Positions 26,790 to 40,348 of a stretch of DNA of 64,000 nucleotides are shown one piece after another (the first letter of the stretch is position 1; each line of letters begins with the position of its first letter). The translations under genes and the position numbers were made by a program. A model generated the notes under the pieces. The model did not search any database. It saw only the letters and a program-made list of their open reading frames with translations, and was not told the DNA's origin. The stretch comes from Octopus sinensis (Eukaryota): NCBI RefSeq assembly GCF_006345805.1, contig NC_043013.1, positions 16,120,001 to 16,184,000 of the forward strand. The letters are read 5' to 3'.

Positions 26790-27190
26790 ATTCTTTTATT
26801 CTTTTACTTGTTTCAATCATTTGACTTTGGTCAGGCTGGAGCACCGGCTTGATGGGTTTTAGTCGAAGAAATCGACCCCAGGACTTATTCTTTGTAAGCC
26901 TAGTACTTATTCTATCAGTCCTTTTGCCGAACCGCTAAGTTACGGGGACATTAACACACCAACATAGGTTGTAAAGCGATAGTGGTGGGGACAAAGACAC
27001 ACACACATGAATATATACTCATACATATATACGACGGGATTCTTTCAGTTTTCGACAACAAATCCATTCACAAGGCTTTGGTTGGCCCGAGGGTATAGTA
27101 AAAGACAATTGCCCAAGGTACCATGCAGTGGGAGGAACCCGGAACCATGTGGTTGGGAAGCAAGCTTCTTAACACACAGCCACGACTCCT
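26790..27190 (-). mobile_element. SINE family A, full length, diverged
   Basis: Collinear with 34335-34752. Confidence 0.85.
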
Positions 27191-27322
27191 CTATGTATGT
27201 ATGTATGTATGTTGTATGTATGTATGTATGTATGTATGTATGTATGTTGTATTATGCATGTATGTATGTATGTATGTATGTATGTATGTATGCAGTATGA
27301 TGTATGTGTATATATCTAATCC

Positions 27323-27383
<61 letters not shown>

Positions 27384-27479
27384 GAAATAGGTTTCAAAGA
27401 GAAAAGATACACGTGGTATAAATAGGGGAAAAGTAAAAAGAAAGAAGAGAAAATGCACATTGGCTATAAAACATAAAGG

Positions 27480-28708
27480 CTTTTTAATGAAAAATAACGA
27501 TAAATAAATGCAATTAGATGAACTGAGGTAGAATAAAGAGGTATAACAGTCATTATTTTGAATTGTTAATAAGATTCAAAGTCATACCGGTATCATCAAA
27601 AGCTGTTCACTGGCTTTGAATGAGCACCGATTTACAAACGATGTCGGGTCTAATAGTACCTGGGGGAAAAGATTATATGCATAGGGAGGTAAGTAGTTCT
27701 GGAAGTGGTGCAATTAGGGTAGATATAATACTGTAATATGAATGGTGTATGGGATATATGGAAATTAGTTAGTGGTGTCCTGTATTATGTTATATGTTCA
27801 TGTTATGTGTTCATCTGTTTTATGTTATGTGTTCATCTGTATAATGTTATGCGTTCATCTTTGCTGTACTGAGGTGTTCTGTGAACATTGATAGAAAGGA
27901 AAAATTAGGAAGTTCGGTTTAAGGTTCCTAGCACATCTTTCTATGCATTCACTGACCTGCATCTGTCTGTATTCTGAGTAGCGGATTTGTTCTTTGTGAA
28001 GAGTTGTTCTTCGTCGGAGGGACATTCTGTTTGGCCAATATAGTGAGTACCGTAGGTAATGGCATAGATTAAGTTTTCCGAGGTGAAATTTTATTTTATC
28101 TTAAATATTTCACCTTGTTTAAAGAGAACTCTGTACCCTCCAAAAGGTGGGAGCATGTGCCACAGTTAGGCCGCCCGCATTTTTTCACTTTTGGTTCCGT
28201 TGTTAATGGATATAGTCTTGCGTTGAATAATATATATTTTCAATGATTTTGGTAGCATTTTGCTCTTGATAATTTTGTGTGAGCCTAAAATTTTGTTCAT
28301 TGTTTTATCTCCTGTGAGGATGGGTAGATTTTGGATGATGATGTTGAAGGCTTCATTGTTTCTAGGGTTATGTGTGGAGATGTATGGGAGTATTTTAAAG
28401 TCTGGTGTAGTGTTTCGGTTGACTTCCTTAATTTTCATATGTCTATTTCCTTTGCTCGTTTAATACCATCATTTATTAATGATTTTGGGTAATGTCTCTT
28501 GATTAGTACTGATCTGAGTTCAAGGAGTCCAGCAAAGAATGAATAAAGAGGCAACTTTCATTAATAAATATCATCCACAACTCAACATGAACACATAACA
28601 TAATACAGGACACTACTAACCTTGCCAATAATATCACTAACTTCCATACACCCCATACACCATTCATTTTACAGTATTATATCTACCCTAATTGCACCAC
28701 TTCCAGAA
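27480..28708 (-). mobile_element. Second 5'-truncated Penelope-like element with partial inverted pseudo-LTR
   Basis: Minus strand: ILPYISTHNPRN..KIIKSK, KKCGRPNCGTC, ENLIYAIT..HYIGQT..LRRRTTLHKEQI..PFYQC (GIY-YIG, frameshifted). Segment 28530-28708 (+) is an inverted copy of 27697-27866. Confidence 0.85.
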
Positions 28709-28709
28709 T

Positions 28710-28941
28710 TAGACTGTGGCCATGCTGGGGCACCGCCTTGGGGAATTTTAGTCAAACTAATCGATCCTAGTATTTATTTTCCTTTTAAAGCCTGTTACTC
28801 ATTCTATTAGTTCTTTTGCCGAAGCACTAGGTTACGGAGACGTAAACACAACAACACCGATTGTCAAGCGATGGTGGAGACAAGCACAAACGTGAACACA
28901 CACACATACACGCGCACACACATGCACACACACATACACAC

Positions 28942-28991
<50 letters not shown>

Positions 28992-29225
28992 ACACACACA
29001 CACATATATATATATATAGATATATATATATATATATAACTATATATATAATATATATATGTACGACGAGCTTCTATTAGTTTCCGTCTGCCAGATCCAT
29101 TCAAAGGGCTTTGGTAGGCTCGAGGCTATAACAGAAGACACTTTCCCAAGGTGGCAATCAGAGGGACTGAACCCGAGGCCATGTGGTTGGCAAGCAAGCT
29201 TGTTACCATACAACCATGCCTGCAC
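28710..29225 (-). mobile_element. SINE family A, diverged; truncates the inverted pLTR
   Basis: Collinear with family A; expanded internal microsatellite. Confidence 0.8.
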
Positions 29226-29729
29226 CTTTTGTTGACTTTTGTCCCACATTGTGCTCTATTTCGTTTTCCTGCTGTTCCTCTAAGTCTTCGGCCCTGAAGC
29301 ATCATACAAGAAATTATCATTTATTAATGATTGCAATAGATGATAAGTTTCTTTTCAACTTAGATACAAACCCATAAATTCGTAATGGCGGTGTAGTATC
29401 GATCCTGTATACCTGGTTTCTCCTTATTTTATTGATCTCAGAAGGACGAAAGGCAAGATGACCTCGTGACATATAACACACCATAAGACAGCTTGTCTGA
29501 CTTTTTACAGACCCTGCTGCTACCGACAGCCATTTTAATGAAGATATTGACAATATTCTTTTGTTTATTCAGTTTCTTGCGTATTTATTCTTCGATTTCT
29601 TATATCAGTTGAACATAACGACGATAATGATGATATGTAATTTCTGTTCAAACGGCCTCAATTTTTCAGAAGAAACAGTTGAGCAGTCGCCAATACGATG
29701 ATGCACACTGCAGGCAAAGAATATGTTTC

Positions 29730-29775
<46 letters not shown>

Positions 29776-29916
29776 TATATACACATACGCACATATAGTC
29801 AAATCGAATATTAAAAGTTGAACTAACATTAAAAATAACAATATCAAAACAGCAGAGGACGTCGTACACATGCAATGTATTAGTTTCACGCTCAGAAAAG
29901 GTGGAAACAGGAGTGG

Positions 29917-29954
29917 GTTTTTAACGTTTCTATCCATAGAGCTTCGTCAGAAAG
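29917..29954 (-). ncRNA. Degenerate minimal hammerhead motif in a solo pLTR-like end (~29790-30020)
   Basis: CUUU-CUGACGA-A-(gcucuauggaua)-GAAAC-GUU/AAAA. Core intact, stem II disrupted. Confidence 0.45.
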
Positions 29955-30147
29955 GAAAACAGAAAAGTCGCGAGAGAAGCGAAAATGTCAGGATCAGCAC
30001 GTGTGGGGACCCCCTCACATACACACACATACATATACATATGTATATGTATGTGTATGTTATATATAATATATATATTATATATATATATATATATTAC
30101 ATATATACATATATATACATACATATATATATATATATATATTATAT

Positions 30148-30179
<32 letters not shown>

Positions 30180-30190
30180 AATTATATATG

Positions 30191-30229
<39 letters not shown>

Positions 30230-30269
30230 GTATATATATAGTATATATATACATTATATATATATATAT

Positions 30270-30645
30270 CTTACTTGTTTCAGTCATTTGACTGTGGACA
30301 TGCTGGAGCACCGCCTTTAGTCGAGCAAATCGACCCCGGGACTTATTCTTTTGTAAGTCCAGTACTTATTCTATCGGTCTCTTTTGTTGAACCGCTAAGT
30401 GACGGAGACGTAAGCACACCAGCATCGGTTGTCAAGCAATGCTAGGGGGACAAACGCAAACACACAAACACTCACACACATACATATATATATATATCAG
30501 TTTCCGTCTACCAAATCCACTCACAAGGCATTGGTCGGCCCGGGGCTATAGCAGAAGACACTTACCCAAGATGCCATGCAATGGGACTGAACCCAGAACC
30601 TTGTGGTTGGTTAGCAAGCTACTTACCACACAGCCACTCCTGCGC
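30270..30645 (-). mobile_element. SINE family A
   Basis: Collinear with 34335-34752. Confidence 0.88.
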
Positions 30646-31327
30646 CTATATGTGTATATAATATTTATGAAAGAATGTGACTATGCGAGTGTGCATTGTA
30701 TATGTGGGGTTTTTTTTTGTATGTGTATATATATATATAAACTTACTTCTACATATATGTATATTAGGAAGTATTTAGTTGTGATAGAAAACTGCAAAAT
30801 GTAAGCACAACTAAAAGCTTTCTAAATTTATTTCAGTCCTTCTGATTTACTTTGCACTGTGTAATACATGCACCGACACATACTAAATACATTCATACGT
30901 ACACCCATCCATACGTACGTACATACATATATACATATATACATGCATACACATATATGTATGTGTGTGTGTGTGTACATGTATGTATGATTGTGCATAT
31001 ATATGAATGTATGTACTTGGGTGCATAGTTATATAAAATAGTAAATATACCTATTACAAAACAACGCAGCTTAATAGAATATAATAATAAACATGCATAG
31101 AATCCTCTATACATACACTCACACACAAAAGCGCATAACGCATGCACACACACACATACATATTCATATATACAAACATATCTTCCTAGATGAACAAATA
31201 TACACACACAAGGCATGCACTTACATGCACTTACTGAAAGAGAGCGAGAGAGAGGAGAGGTGGCGGGAAAGGTAATTAGACAAACAATGAGAGAAAGGGA
31301 GAGAAATAAATATTATACTAAGTGATA

Positions 31328-31364
<37 letters not shown>

Positions 31365-31760
31365 AACAACAGCTACGCATGTGCTATGTATTACTTGTGA
31401 TCGAGTATTCTAGACTGGACCAAATGAACATTGATAACTAAGCCGAGTGTTCACCAGAAGTTAAAACGTTTTGTAAAGCTACTTATAGTGTCGCAACTAC
31501 AACTTATTAATGATCTGATGTTACGTTCATTTATTGGCGAAATATTTGAAGCACTGATAATATAATATCGTAGCTGTATTTATATGTAGTCGATACATAT
31601 ATATATATTTATGTATATATTGATTAATGATGTGTGTATATATTTAAACACGGAGAATAATTAGAATATAGTGAAGAAATAGGTAATGAAGAAAAAAGGA
31701 AAGAGCGCAAAAAATAAAAGTATTGAAGAAGACTATTGGGTGTGTAATATTTATCTGCGG

Positions 31761-31797
<37 letters not shown>

Positions 31798-32401
31798 TAT
31801 ATATATTTATAGTATTATGTATGTATGTTATATGTATGTATGTTGTATGTATGATTATATATATATATATATATAATATATATGTATGTATGTATATTTA
31901 TAATATATGTATATAGTGTGTGTGGTGTGTGTGGTGTGTGTATGTGCGCCTGTATATACAAATTTCTGATGACGTCAACAACATACAATTCTCACCAGTA
32001 AGAATAAATTTCTAAAATAAATAGAGAAATTTAAGGGATGGCTTTGGTTCAATGGTAGAAATTCTGTCATGTCTGCAGTAATTGTTGGTTTGACTCATAC
32101 GGGCAGTCATTGATTGTTTTTTTCTGTCAAAAAGAGTTTTTCAACCAAATACTTACATGCTATTCAATATAGCTTTATATTTTTCGAAATCCACAGTTTC
32201 AAAGGATAATTTTGTATGAGTGTACACACAACCTCTTTATATTCATTCATTCATTCATTCAGAACTCACCCTTTTCGTTTTCTTTTTGTCATATACACTT
32301 TTGTTATAATTGCTGTTTTGATGAGTTACAGAACATTCTCGAGGAAACCCACTTCGCTTAGCCCAATTAGAATGCCTCGCACGAAGTTGATATGCTGTTC
32401 G

Positions 32402-32432
<31 letters not shown>

Positions 32433-32763
32433 TGTGTGTGTGTTTATATTCCACGGCCAATATGTATAGATATATATTAACTATACCGTATAATGTATCT
32501 GTTACGGCCGATCTAACCAATCGGTTTCGCATTGGATATTAAAATTGGATGTTAATTAAAGGCACGGTTAAGTAATGCTACGTGTTTTTCAGTGCTAGCA
32601 GGTATGGAAAAAATATGGCAGCTGAACTGCGTTAGTAAAAATAATGAGGAAAAACATCTAGTTTTATGGATGCAGTGAAAAATATAGTATACAGTGTTTA
32701 ATGTGCCCACTCTAATGACAAATATACGAGAGCATATTTTTCTAACTTAAATTTTGTTAGAGG

Positions 32764-32801
<38 letters not shown>

Positions 32802-33151
32802 TGTACGTGTGTGTGTATGTGCGTGTATGTGTGCGCGCACGTGCATGCGTGTGCGTATGCCTATCTAGGGCGCTGGATTGACAAAGCCTTTCGACGGTCG
32901 GACAAAATGCCTTGCAAATATTTCTTCCGATGTTGTATGTTCTAAGTTCTAATCCTGGCATGGTCACTTTCATTGATCATTTACTCCATCCAATCCCTGG
33001 GTCGATTAAATATACTAACAGTCAAGTGTTGGGTTCGATTCAATCGACTCGCCTCTTTTCTTTAAAAATTATTGGCCTTGTATCTATAAATCAGAAACTA
33101 TGAATATATGTGTATATATGTATATTTATATATGGCAATCTACATTTTCAG

Positions 33152-33224
33152 GTCCAAACGATCATCGTCACGGCAGAGTTCCCGTAAAAAACAGAGCGGA
33201 GGAAAACGGAAACGGAACAAAACC
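33152..33224 (+). other. 5' part of the large GCNT exon (5' UTR or N-terminal extension) after a splice acceptor
   Basis: tacattttcag|gtcc acceptor at 33150-33151. The frame is open from acceptor to ATG (SKRSSSRQSSRKKQSGGKRKRNKT), implying an upstream exon that I could not identify. Confidence 0.6.
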
Positions 33225-34320
33225 ATGAGCAGTATCAGTCGGAAATGGAAAAAGTTGTTAATAGTCCTGTTCTTTACTGGTACTTGTACCTTCACATACG
33301 CCGTCTTCAAACTGAACTCTTTTTCAAGTCACGTAATGAGGAAATACACTTCGGCAGACGACAGAGACTCTGGCGGGTCGGGTCATGCAGGCGGCACGAT
33401 TCGAAAGGCGTCAGATAACCGGCCGACTTATTGTGATCCGGAAAACCGTCTCGTGAAGACGGTAAACTGTGAAGCCATCTTTAACATGAACGAAACAGAA
33501 TTAGTGCATGCATTGAATGTGATGAAGGATATGAAGCCAACTCCGGAAGACGAAATCCTTCGACAGTTTTCAGACTGTGATAGCTTTAAAAAGAAACACA
33601 ATTATATTCTAGATATTTCTCCGGAAGAACATAAGTTCCCACTTGCTTACAGCATTTTGTTTTATAAAGATTTTGTCCAAGTTGAAAAACTTTTACGTGC
33701 CATTTATCGGCCTCATAACTGGTACTGTTTACATATCGATGCCAAGGCACCGTTCCAACTCCACTATGCAGTCATACAATTGGTCACGTGTTTTGATAAT
33801 GTATTCATCGCTTCCAAACTTGAAGAGGTCGTCTATTCCTCATTTTCTCGTCTGCAAGCTGACATCAACTGCATGATGGATCTCATATCGAGAAACGGCA
33901 GTTGGAAATATTTTATCAACCTACCTAGTCAAGTGTACCCGCTTAAAACCAACGCTGAACTTGTAGAGATTCTGAAGGTCTATAATGGAGCCAACGATAT
34001 CGAAGGTATCACTGGAAAGCGGATGCTACCAGAACGATATCAATACCGTCATGCAATTTACTTTTCACGTAAAGACGAAACTAGTTACATCAAACGAACG
34101 AACAAAAGGAAAACACCACCGCCACACAAGATCACTATCGTCAAAGGTAGTGCGTATGGCGTATTCAGCAAGAGCTTTGTCCAGTATATTCTCTTTGACA
34201 AACGAGCACGAGATCTTCTACAATGGATGCAAGACATATCCAGTCCGGATGAATATTACTGGGCCACGTTGAACCATCTCCAAATTAACAAACACCTCAA
34301 CACACCTGGAGGATACAAAG
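33225..34320 (+). CDS. GCNT-like: Core-2/I-branching beta-1,6-N-acetylglucosaminyltransferase (GT14), large coding exon (codons 1-365 plus 1 nt)
   Basis: ATG at 33225 in aaaccATGa context. Type II membrane topology: MSSISRKWKK, then TM LLIVLFFTGTCTFTYAVF. GT14 motifs FPLAYSIL, LLRAIYRPHNWYCLHIDAK, SRLQADINCMMDL, WKYFINL, YPLKTNAELV, KGSAY, SPDEYYW. Strong donor AAAG|gtaagt at 34320/34321. Upstream acceptor ttttcag| at 33151. Confidence 0.95.
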
Positions 34321-34334
34321 GTAAGTTAAGCTAA

Positions 34335-34752
34335 CTCTTACTCTTTTACTCTTTTACTTGTTTCAGTCATTTGACTGCGGCCATGCTGGAGCACCGCCTT
34401 TAGTCGAGGAGCAAATCGACCCCGGGACTTATTCTTTGTAAGCCCAGTACTTATTATATCGGTCTCTTTTGCCGAACCGCTAAGTGACGGGGACGTAAAC
34501 ACACCAGCATCGGTTGTCAAGCAATGCTAGGGGGACAAACACAGACACACAAACATATACACACACACTTATATATATATACATATATACGACAGGCTTC
34601 TTTCAGTTTCCGTCTACCAAATCCACTCACAAGGCATTGGTCGGCCCGGGGCTATAGCAGAAGACACTTGCCCAAGATGCCACGCAGTGGGACTGAACCC
34701 GGAACCATGTGGTTGGTTAGCAAGCTACTTACCACACAGCCACTCCTGCGCC
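34335..34752 (-). mobile_element. SINE family A, full length, about 14 bp downstream of the GCNT donor
   Basis: tRNA-like head ggcgcaggagtggctgtgtggtaag, ccttgggcaag-type core, (aagagt)n tail. Confidence 0.92.
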
Positions 34753-35569
34753 TATGTTTTTTTTTTAATAATGAGTTTTTTTTTTAATAATGCTTATATA
34801 ATTAAAAGTGGTAGCAAGCATCTCGTCTTTTCTTTTTTAGATGTAGTAGTCTATTTTGAAAAAAAAACAATATATTCTTTTATGTTTTAAGAAGATAGAG
34901 TGTAATTTGATGAATGTTTTAGCAAGTGTACGAACCAGAAAGAAAGAGGGAGAGAGAGAGGAGAGAGAGACTAGAAGTTGAGTGAGGAAGAAAGATGAGA
35001 GAGAGAAAAGATTATATGAGAGAGAGAGAGAGAGGAAATAACTTATAAAACCAAATTTACTATCTTATAAAACCATAAAAAAGAAGGGGAAAGGAAATAA
35101 ACCAAACGATAACAGAAAGTCACGAGTCATAAATCAGCAATTCCGATACACTTCCATTCCACACCCTCATCTCTCCCTCTCTCTCTCTCTCTCACCCACT
35201 CTCTTTCACCCTCTTTCTCACTGGTCACACATATCTGGAGGCGTGGCTTCATTGCTAGCATGCTTCGTCTGTCGCTTGCTATTTTACGTAGCATGCGAGC
35301 ATGCGAGATTGTTGATGATTTGCATAACGAGAAAAAAAATGTATATATTTGGAGTTTTAACATCGATTGTTGTATTTATTGCGGAGCACTGATGAGGTGT
35401 GTGCATGGGTGCATAAGATTTCTACAACTTATTTAATTATTCAGGCACTTTAATGAAACGCGTGTATGTTTTATAAAGAATGGAGTAGCATACCTGCTTT
35501 CTACTTGTGGCTATCTATACACACACACACACACACACACACACAAAACGTATATATACATACGATGGT

Positions 35570-35850
35570 TGGCTGAAGGGGATTCTCTGCTCAGTCGGCA
35601 TAGAGGATGCTTACAACCATTGGAATGAGAAGGAGCGAAGTGTGGCTGTGTGTAGGATGGGAGAGTCAGCTGAAAGAGCCTCTTGTTGGCTTTGGAGCAA
35701 GAGAGAGAAAGGAGTTAAGCTGGAAGCCAGGAGCAGATGAGGAGCAAAGACTTGGCCACCTCTGCTGGCCCACCAACGGGAGGGTGTTACGGTTCAGGGT
35801 CGTGACATCCGTTGAACGTTGGACACCGTCTCATGACATCAGTTCCTCCT
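35570..35850 (+). mobile_element. 3' fragment of a HERO/R2-group (RLE endonuclease) non-LTR retrotransposon
   Basis: Across a frameshift: GFSAQSA*RMLTTIGMRRSE / SVAVCRMGESAERASCWLWSKRE (cf. the HERO-type C-terminus GFxxQSxxxxLxxLG...AERASxWLW). Confidence 0.65.
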
Positions 35851-35969
35851 GGCCAAGATTCCATTCATTTTGGCGAATGGAAAAAGCATCTCCTTATAGA
35901 TCTTGTTCACACATACATACATGCATACATACAAACATACATACATACATACATACATACATACATACA

Positions 35970-36001
<32 letters not shown>

Positions 36002-36009
36002 CATACATA

Positions 36010-36281
36010 TGCATGTTACACACCATACTAATAATATCTGTCGGGCATGTGGAAGAGAGTGTAATTCGGCAGGAGGACTTAAACGACATGCAAAAGTACA
36101 TGAAGCCCAGTTACAACTACAGCCGGCTATTACCAGTAAAGGTCTTAGTTGCCAATTTTGTACAAGACATTGTAGATCTTTAGCTGGGCTAAAAAAGTCA
36201 CATTCGATCACAGCACCAATAACAGTTAAGCTTCGTGCAATGACCATACTCGATAACGAGGGGGCAGCCATCATATCATTC
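36010..36281 (+). mobile_element. RTE-type LINE 3' end with two C2H2-like fingers
   Basis: ICRACGRECNSAGGLKRHAKVH and CQFCTRHCRSLAGLK(SH..H), then a short 3' UTR. Preceded by (CATA)n, not by a splice acceptor. Confidence 0.6.
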
Positions 36282-36720
36282 TAAATATGTGAGATGTATG
36301 AGTATATACACGGTTGGTATATTATCGTTGTGTGTGTATATAATGAAGAAGAGTAGTTAGGATATAGAAGATAAAAGTCAGGAAAATTACTGATAAAAAG
36401 TCTGGAAAGATACTGAGAAGTTAAAGGAAATGCTTTAACCGCTTCTAAATACTGATGTCTATCGTTAATACGATTAAAGTTTATCTGATTTTATAACCTC
36501 AATGTTTAAAGATGAAATATTTAAATATCTACTCTAGATTTCAATCAGTTAGATTTCCGGTCGTCCAGATCTTCTTCTTCCTGGATATCTTGTTTTGGAG
36601 CTCCGCCTTAAAAGATTTGTTGAACTGCTAAGTTACAGACATGAACAATCAATACCGGTTGGCATTAAGAGGTGGTGAGGAAAAAGTCACAATCACAGAC
36701 AAACACACGTGCGCGTGTGC

Positions 36721-36760
<40 letters not shown>

Positions 36761-37077
36761 GCTATGGGCGGAAGGTTTTAAAAACATCCTATGTATATGC
36801 CGTACATTCGCGAGGGTGGGGAAGGCATTTTTTTTTTTTTATTGAAATTTAAAAAAAAATTTTTTTCAGAATCATAATTTCCGTACTTTTCCGCGTATTT
36901 CGCCGCCCCAAAATAATTTCTAAAAAAAAAAAAAAAATGTAAAATGAAGAAACTTAAAATTAAATTTTGAAATGCTAATTTTTTTTACAGATTCGGAATC
37001 TCCGTAGCCTAAAACGTGGGTTTCTAAAAAAAAAAACAAAAAAAAAACGGAAGGGATGTGTGACGGTCTGTCTTGTC

Positions 37078-37184
<107 letters not shown>

Positions 37185-38094
37185 GCACACACACATTCAT
37201 ATATACATATATATATACATGTGTGTGTGTGCGCATATCTGTGTGTGTGTCTGTGCATATATATATATATATACACAACACGCGCACATATATATTATTT
37301 TATTCTGTTACGGCGGTCTTCGTTACAGTTTCCGTCTACCAAATTCACTCACACACTATTGGTTGGCCCAGAGCCATAGTGGAAGATACTTACCCATGAA
37401 GCCGGGCAGTGGTACTAAAACCGAAATGCCATCGTTGCAATGCAAGGTTCTTACCAACATTGCCATGCTTTCACCAATGTAGATATTACCAAACCGGATT
37501 AGATCTAGGAATCGTCATTTCTAAGCTCAAGTTAATAAAAGCTTCAAACCATCTGGTCACTGATGCATGAACCTTTAGAACCAGATGTTTACGTTATTTA
37601 AATATATATTTCCAGTTACGGCAGCCATATCAAACTAATGTTATTTCTAGGTTTGCAGTTTCTGTTATCAGTAAGCGTTATATGTGGGGTGTCTTTGATT
37701 TTTCTGAATTTCAATTGTGGTTCTCTATCGATTATGGAAATTTTATTCCACAGCAATGTTTGGTTTCCTTTCTAACATCAAATGCATTCAGCTATTCCTC
37801 ACTTAGATGTTCCTCCTCCTCCTCTCATAAACAGTTTCCAATGCTCCTCTGCTCTGATCTTTAGAGGACTCATAGTTTCTCTTCTACACCACCTTCAGCA
37901 AACACATACAATGTTAGAATGTTAGAGAGGAGTTCTCATGTTGAAGCCATTCCCGAGTAATGCTAACTTAATGAGGAATTTGTGAAATCTGTTGCTACTT
38001 TTGAATACAATTCTGTGTCATGGTATGTGTTATAAAACCTCCGAAAGTTGTTTTTTATTATTTGAGGATGGCTATGGTCATATATGATGGCATG

Positions 38095-38560
38095 GGTATT
38101 TAGTATTGTATACCGTAGACTTGTTATTGCATATCGTATGTTATATATTTGTTATTGTACATTGAGCATTTGTTATTGTATATTATAGATTTGATGTGGT
38201 ATGTTGTACATTTGTTATTGTAAATTGCATATTGTAGATTTCTTCTTGTGTATTATATATTAATTGCATATTGTAAATTTATTATTGTATATGATAGATT
38301 TGTTATAGTATATTATAAATCTGTAATTGCATATTATAGTCTATTTATTATTGCCCATAGTAGATGTGTTGTTGTATATTGTAGATTTATTATTGTTTAT
38401 TGTAGATTTGTTATTACATATTGTATAGTGCAAATTTGTTATTATATGGTATATTTATTTATCGTATATTGTAAATTTGTTATTTGTTATTGTATATTTT
38501 AGATTTGTCATTGCATATTATAGAGTTATTGTATTTTTGTTACTGTATATTGAAGGTTTA
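38095..38560. repeat. Degenerate ~21-bp AT-rich minisatellite (consensus about TTTGTTATTGTATATTGTAGA)
   Basis: Roughly 20 recurring units visible. Confidence 0.8.
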
Positions 38561-38899
38561 TTGAGCCATTGTATGTTGTATATGTGTCCTCTATTCTGTA
38601 TGATAAATTGGAGTAGGTTGTGTTTGCCGCATCGTGTTGGCATCTCGCAGACCCTTTCTAAACACTCTATGAAACAGTGGTAGTCTCTATTCAAAATTCT
38701 TTATCTGTCTGTTTGTCTGTCTGTTCACTATACATTCTCAAGTGGCTCGACCAAATCAAATCAAATTTTACAAGGTAATAGTATGAGACCCTGCGAGTGT
38801 CAACATGTAATTTTAAAATTCATTTGGATTAAAACAATATAACATCTTATCGAAAATAAATTTATATATATACACACATACATATGCACACACCTATGT

Positions 38900-39580
38900 A
38901 TGTGTTTTAGAATCATAGAGATGAACCCTTGTTTCAACCTTTGTAGTAAGTCTTCAAAAAAAAAAAATTCCTTGTTTTTCTTGGCACATTGCCAAAAGAG
39001 CCTGGGAGCAATTGACTCGGTCCTGTTTCTGAAAAGATGTGAGCACCTGGGGAATCCATCATGCAGACAACTTCCCCATGTGCAAATGGTCGGGAATAAT
39101 CTTTTCCACGGACCCTACACTTATCTTCACTTCTTGGGCGAGTTGCCGAATAGCTATACGGCGATCTCCCAAAATGGCGGCATCCCCTTTATGGATGGTG
39201 TCTCATCAATGGCGGAATGTGGTCGTCCAGGAATAGGAACAGGTTCCACTGATGTCCGACTACATTTGAAGTGGCGATGCCAATGCTTGACTATGTTGTA
39301 TGATGGTGCATCGTCACCATAAACTTCTTTCATCTCATAGAAAGTCTCTTTTGGTGTACAATCTTTCAAGTACAAGAACCTGATCACTGATCTGCATTCA
39401 ACTGCTTCCATTATAATACCTTTGTCCACTTCAGCAGCCGCAAAAGACAAACGAATACTAGTGGAATGCAGCAACTTACAACGTGACATGTAGAGACATG
39501 TATGATTATACCTGTACAAGTTCGGTTTCCTGCAATAACCGGAAGTGGGCCAGGAAAAGTTTTTAATGAACAACCCTTGT
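38900..39580 (-). mobile_element. Mariner transposon, 5' half
   Basis: TIR tacaagggttgttcattaaa. Translates to MEAVECRSVIRFLYLK..EMKEVYGDDAPSY..VKHWHRHFK..GRP..WIPQVLT..HLYDS (HTH, WVP motif, start of DDD domain). Frameshifted. Confidence 0.88.
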
Positions 39581-39646
39581 GTATGTACACATATAAATGT
39601 ATATATATATATCTCTCTCTCTCTCTCTCTCCTCTCTCTCTATATA

Positions 39647-39711
<65 letters not shown>

Positions 39712-39972
39712 CACATATAACGTGGAGTAGATGAAACAAAGGCGACTGAAGAAGGGGAATTTTCCTTGTTTTGTATGTCCTGTACTCTATTTTTTGGTTG
39801 TTTAAGAAAAATGTCCTTTTCCTTGGTTTTGTGTTTATGTTTTCGTTTCTGATCGTGTTCGATGTTTTTTTTTTGTGTCCTGTACCCATATATGCATGTA
39901 TATATCATGTAGAGGTAGGTTAGTACATATATGTATGTATCTATGCATATGTTTTATTTATTTATTATTTAT

Positions 39973-40006
<34 letters not shown>

Positions 40007-40348
40007 GCATGCATGTATGTATACACACACATATATATGCATATATATATATATATATACATATACGAGGGTTGTTCATTAAAGATTATTACCAATCATG
40101 ACCAAGACGCCTAATTGTTAACAGTCTAGTCTACCTAGCTGTTTGTAGATACCACAGTGTGGTATAGTTCACTATATTGTATCCATGAAGAACACATTTA
40201 TCTATTAACAATCCAGTCAATCTAGCTGCATGTAGGTATTATACTTTAATAAAGTGTGCGGCATTGTGTCCACGACCAACACTCTTAACTGTCAATAGTA
40301 AAGTCTATCTGGTTGCAGGTAGGAACCACAATGTGTGTAGTTCATTGT

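Noticed and set aside
27570-27610. Possible hammerhead in the second PLE (minus strand UUGAUGA-UACCGGUA)
   Set aside because: No GAAA half-core or stems could be recovered.
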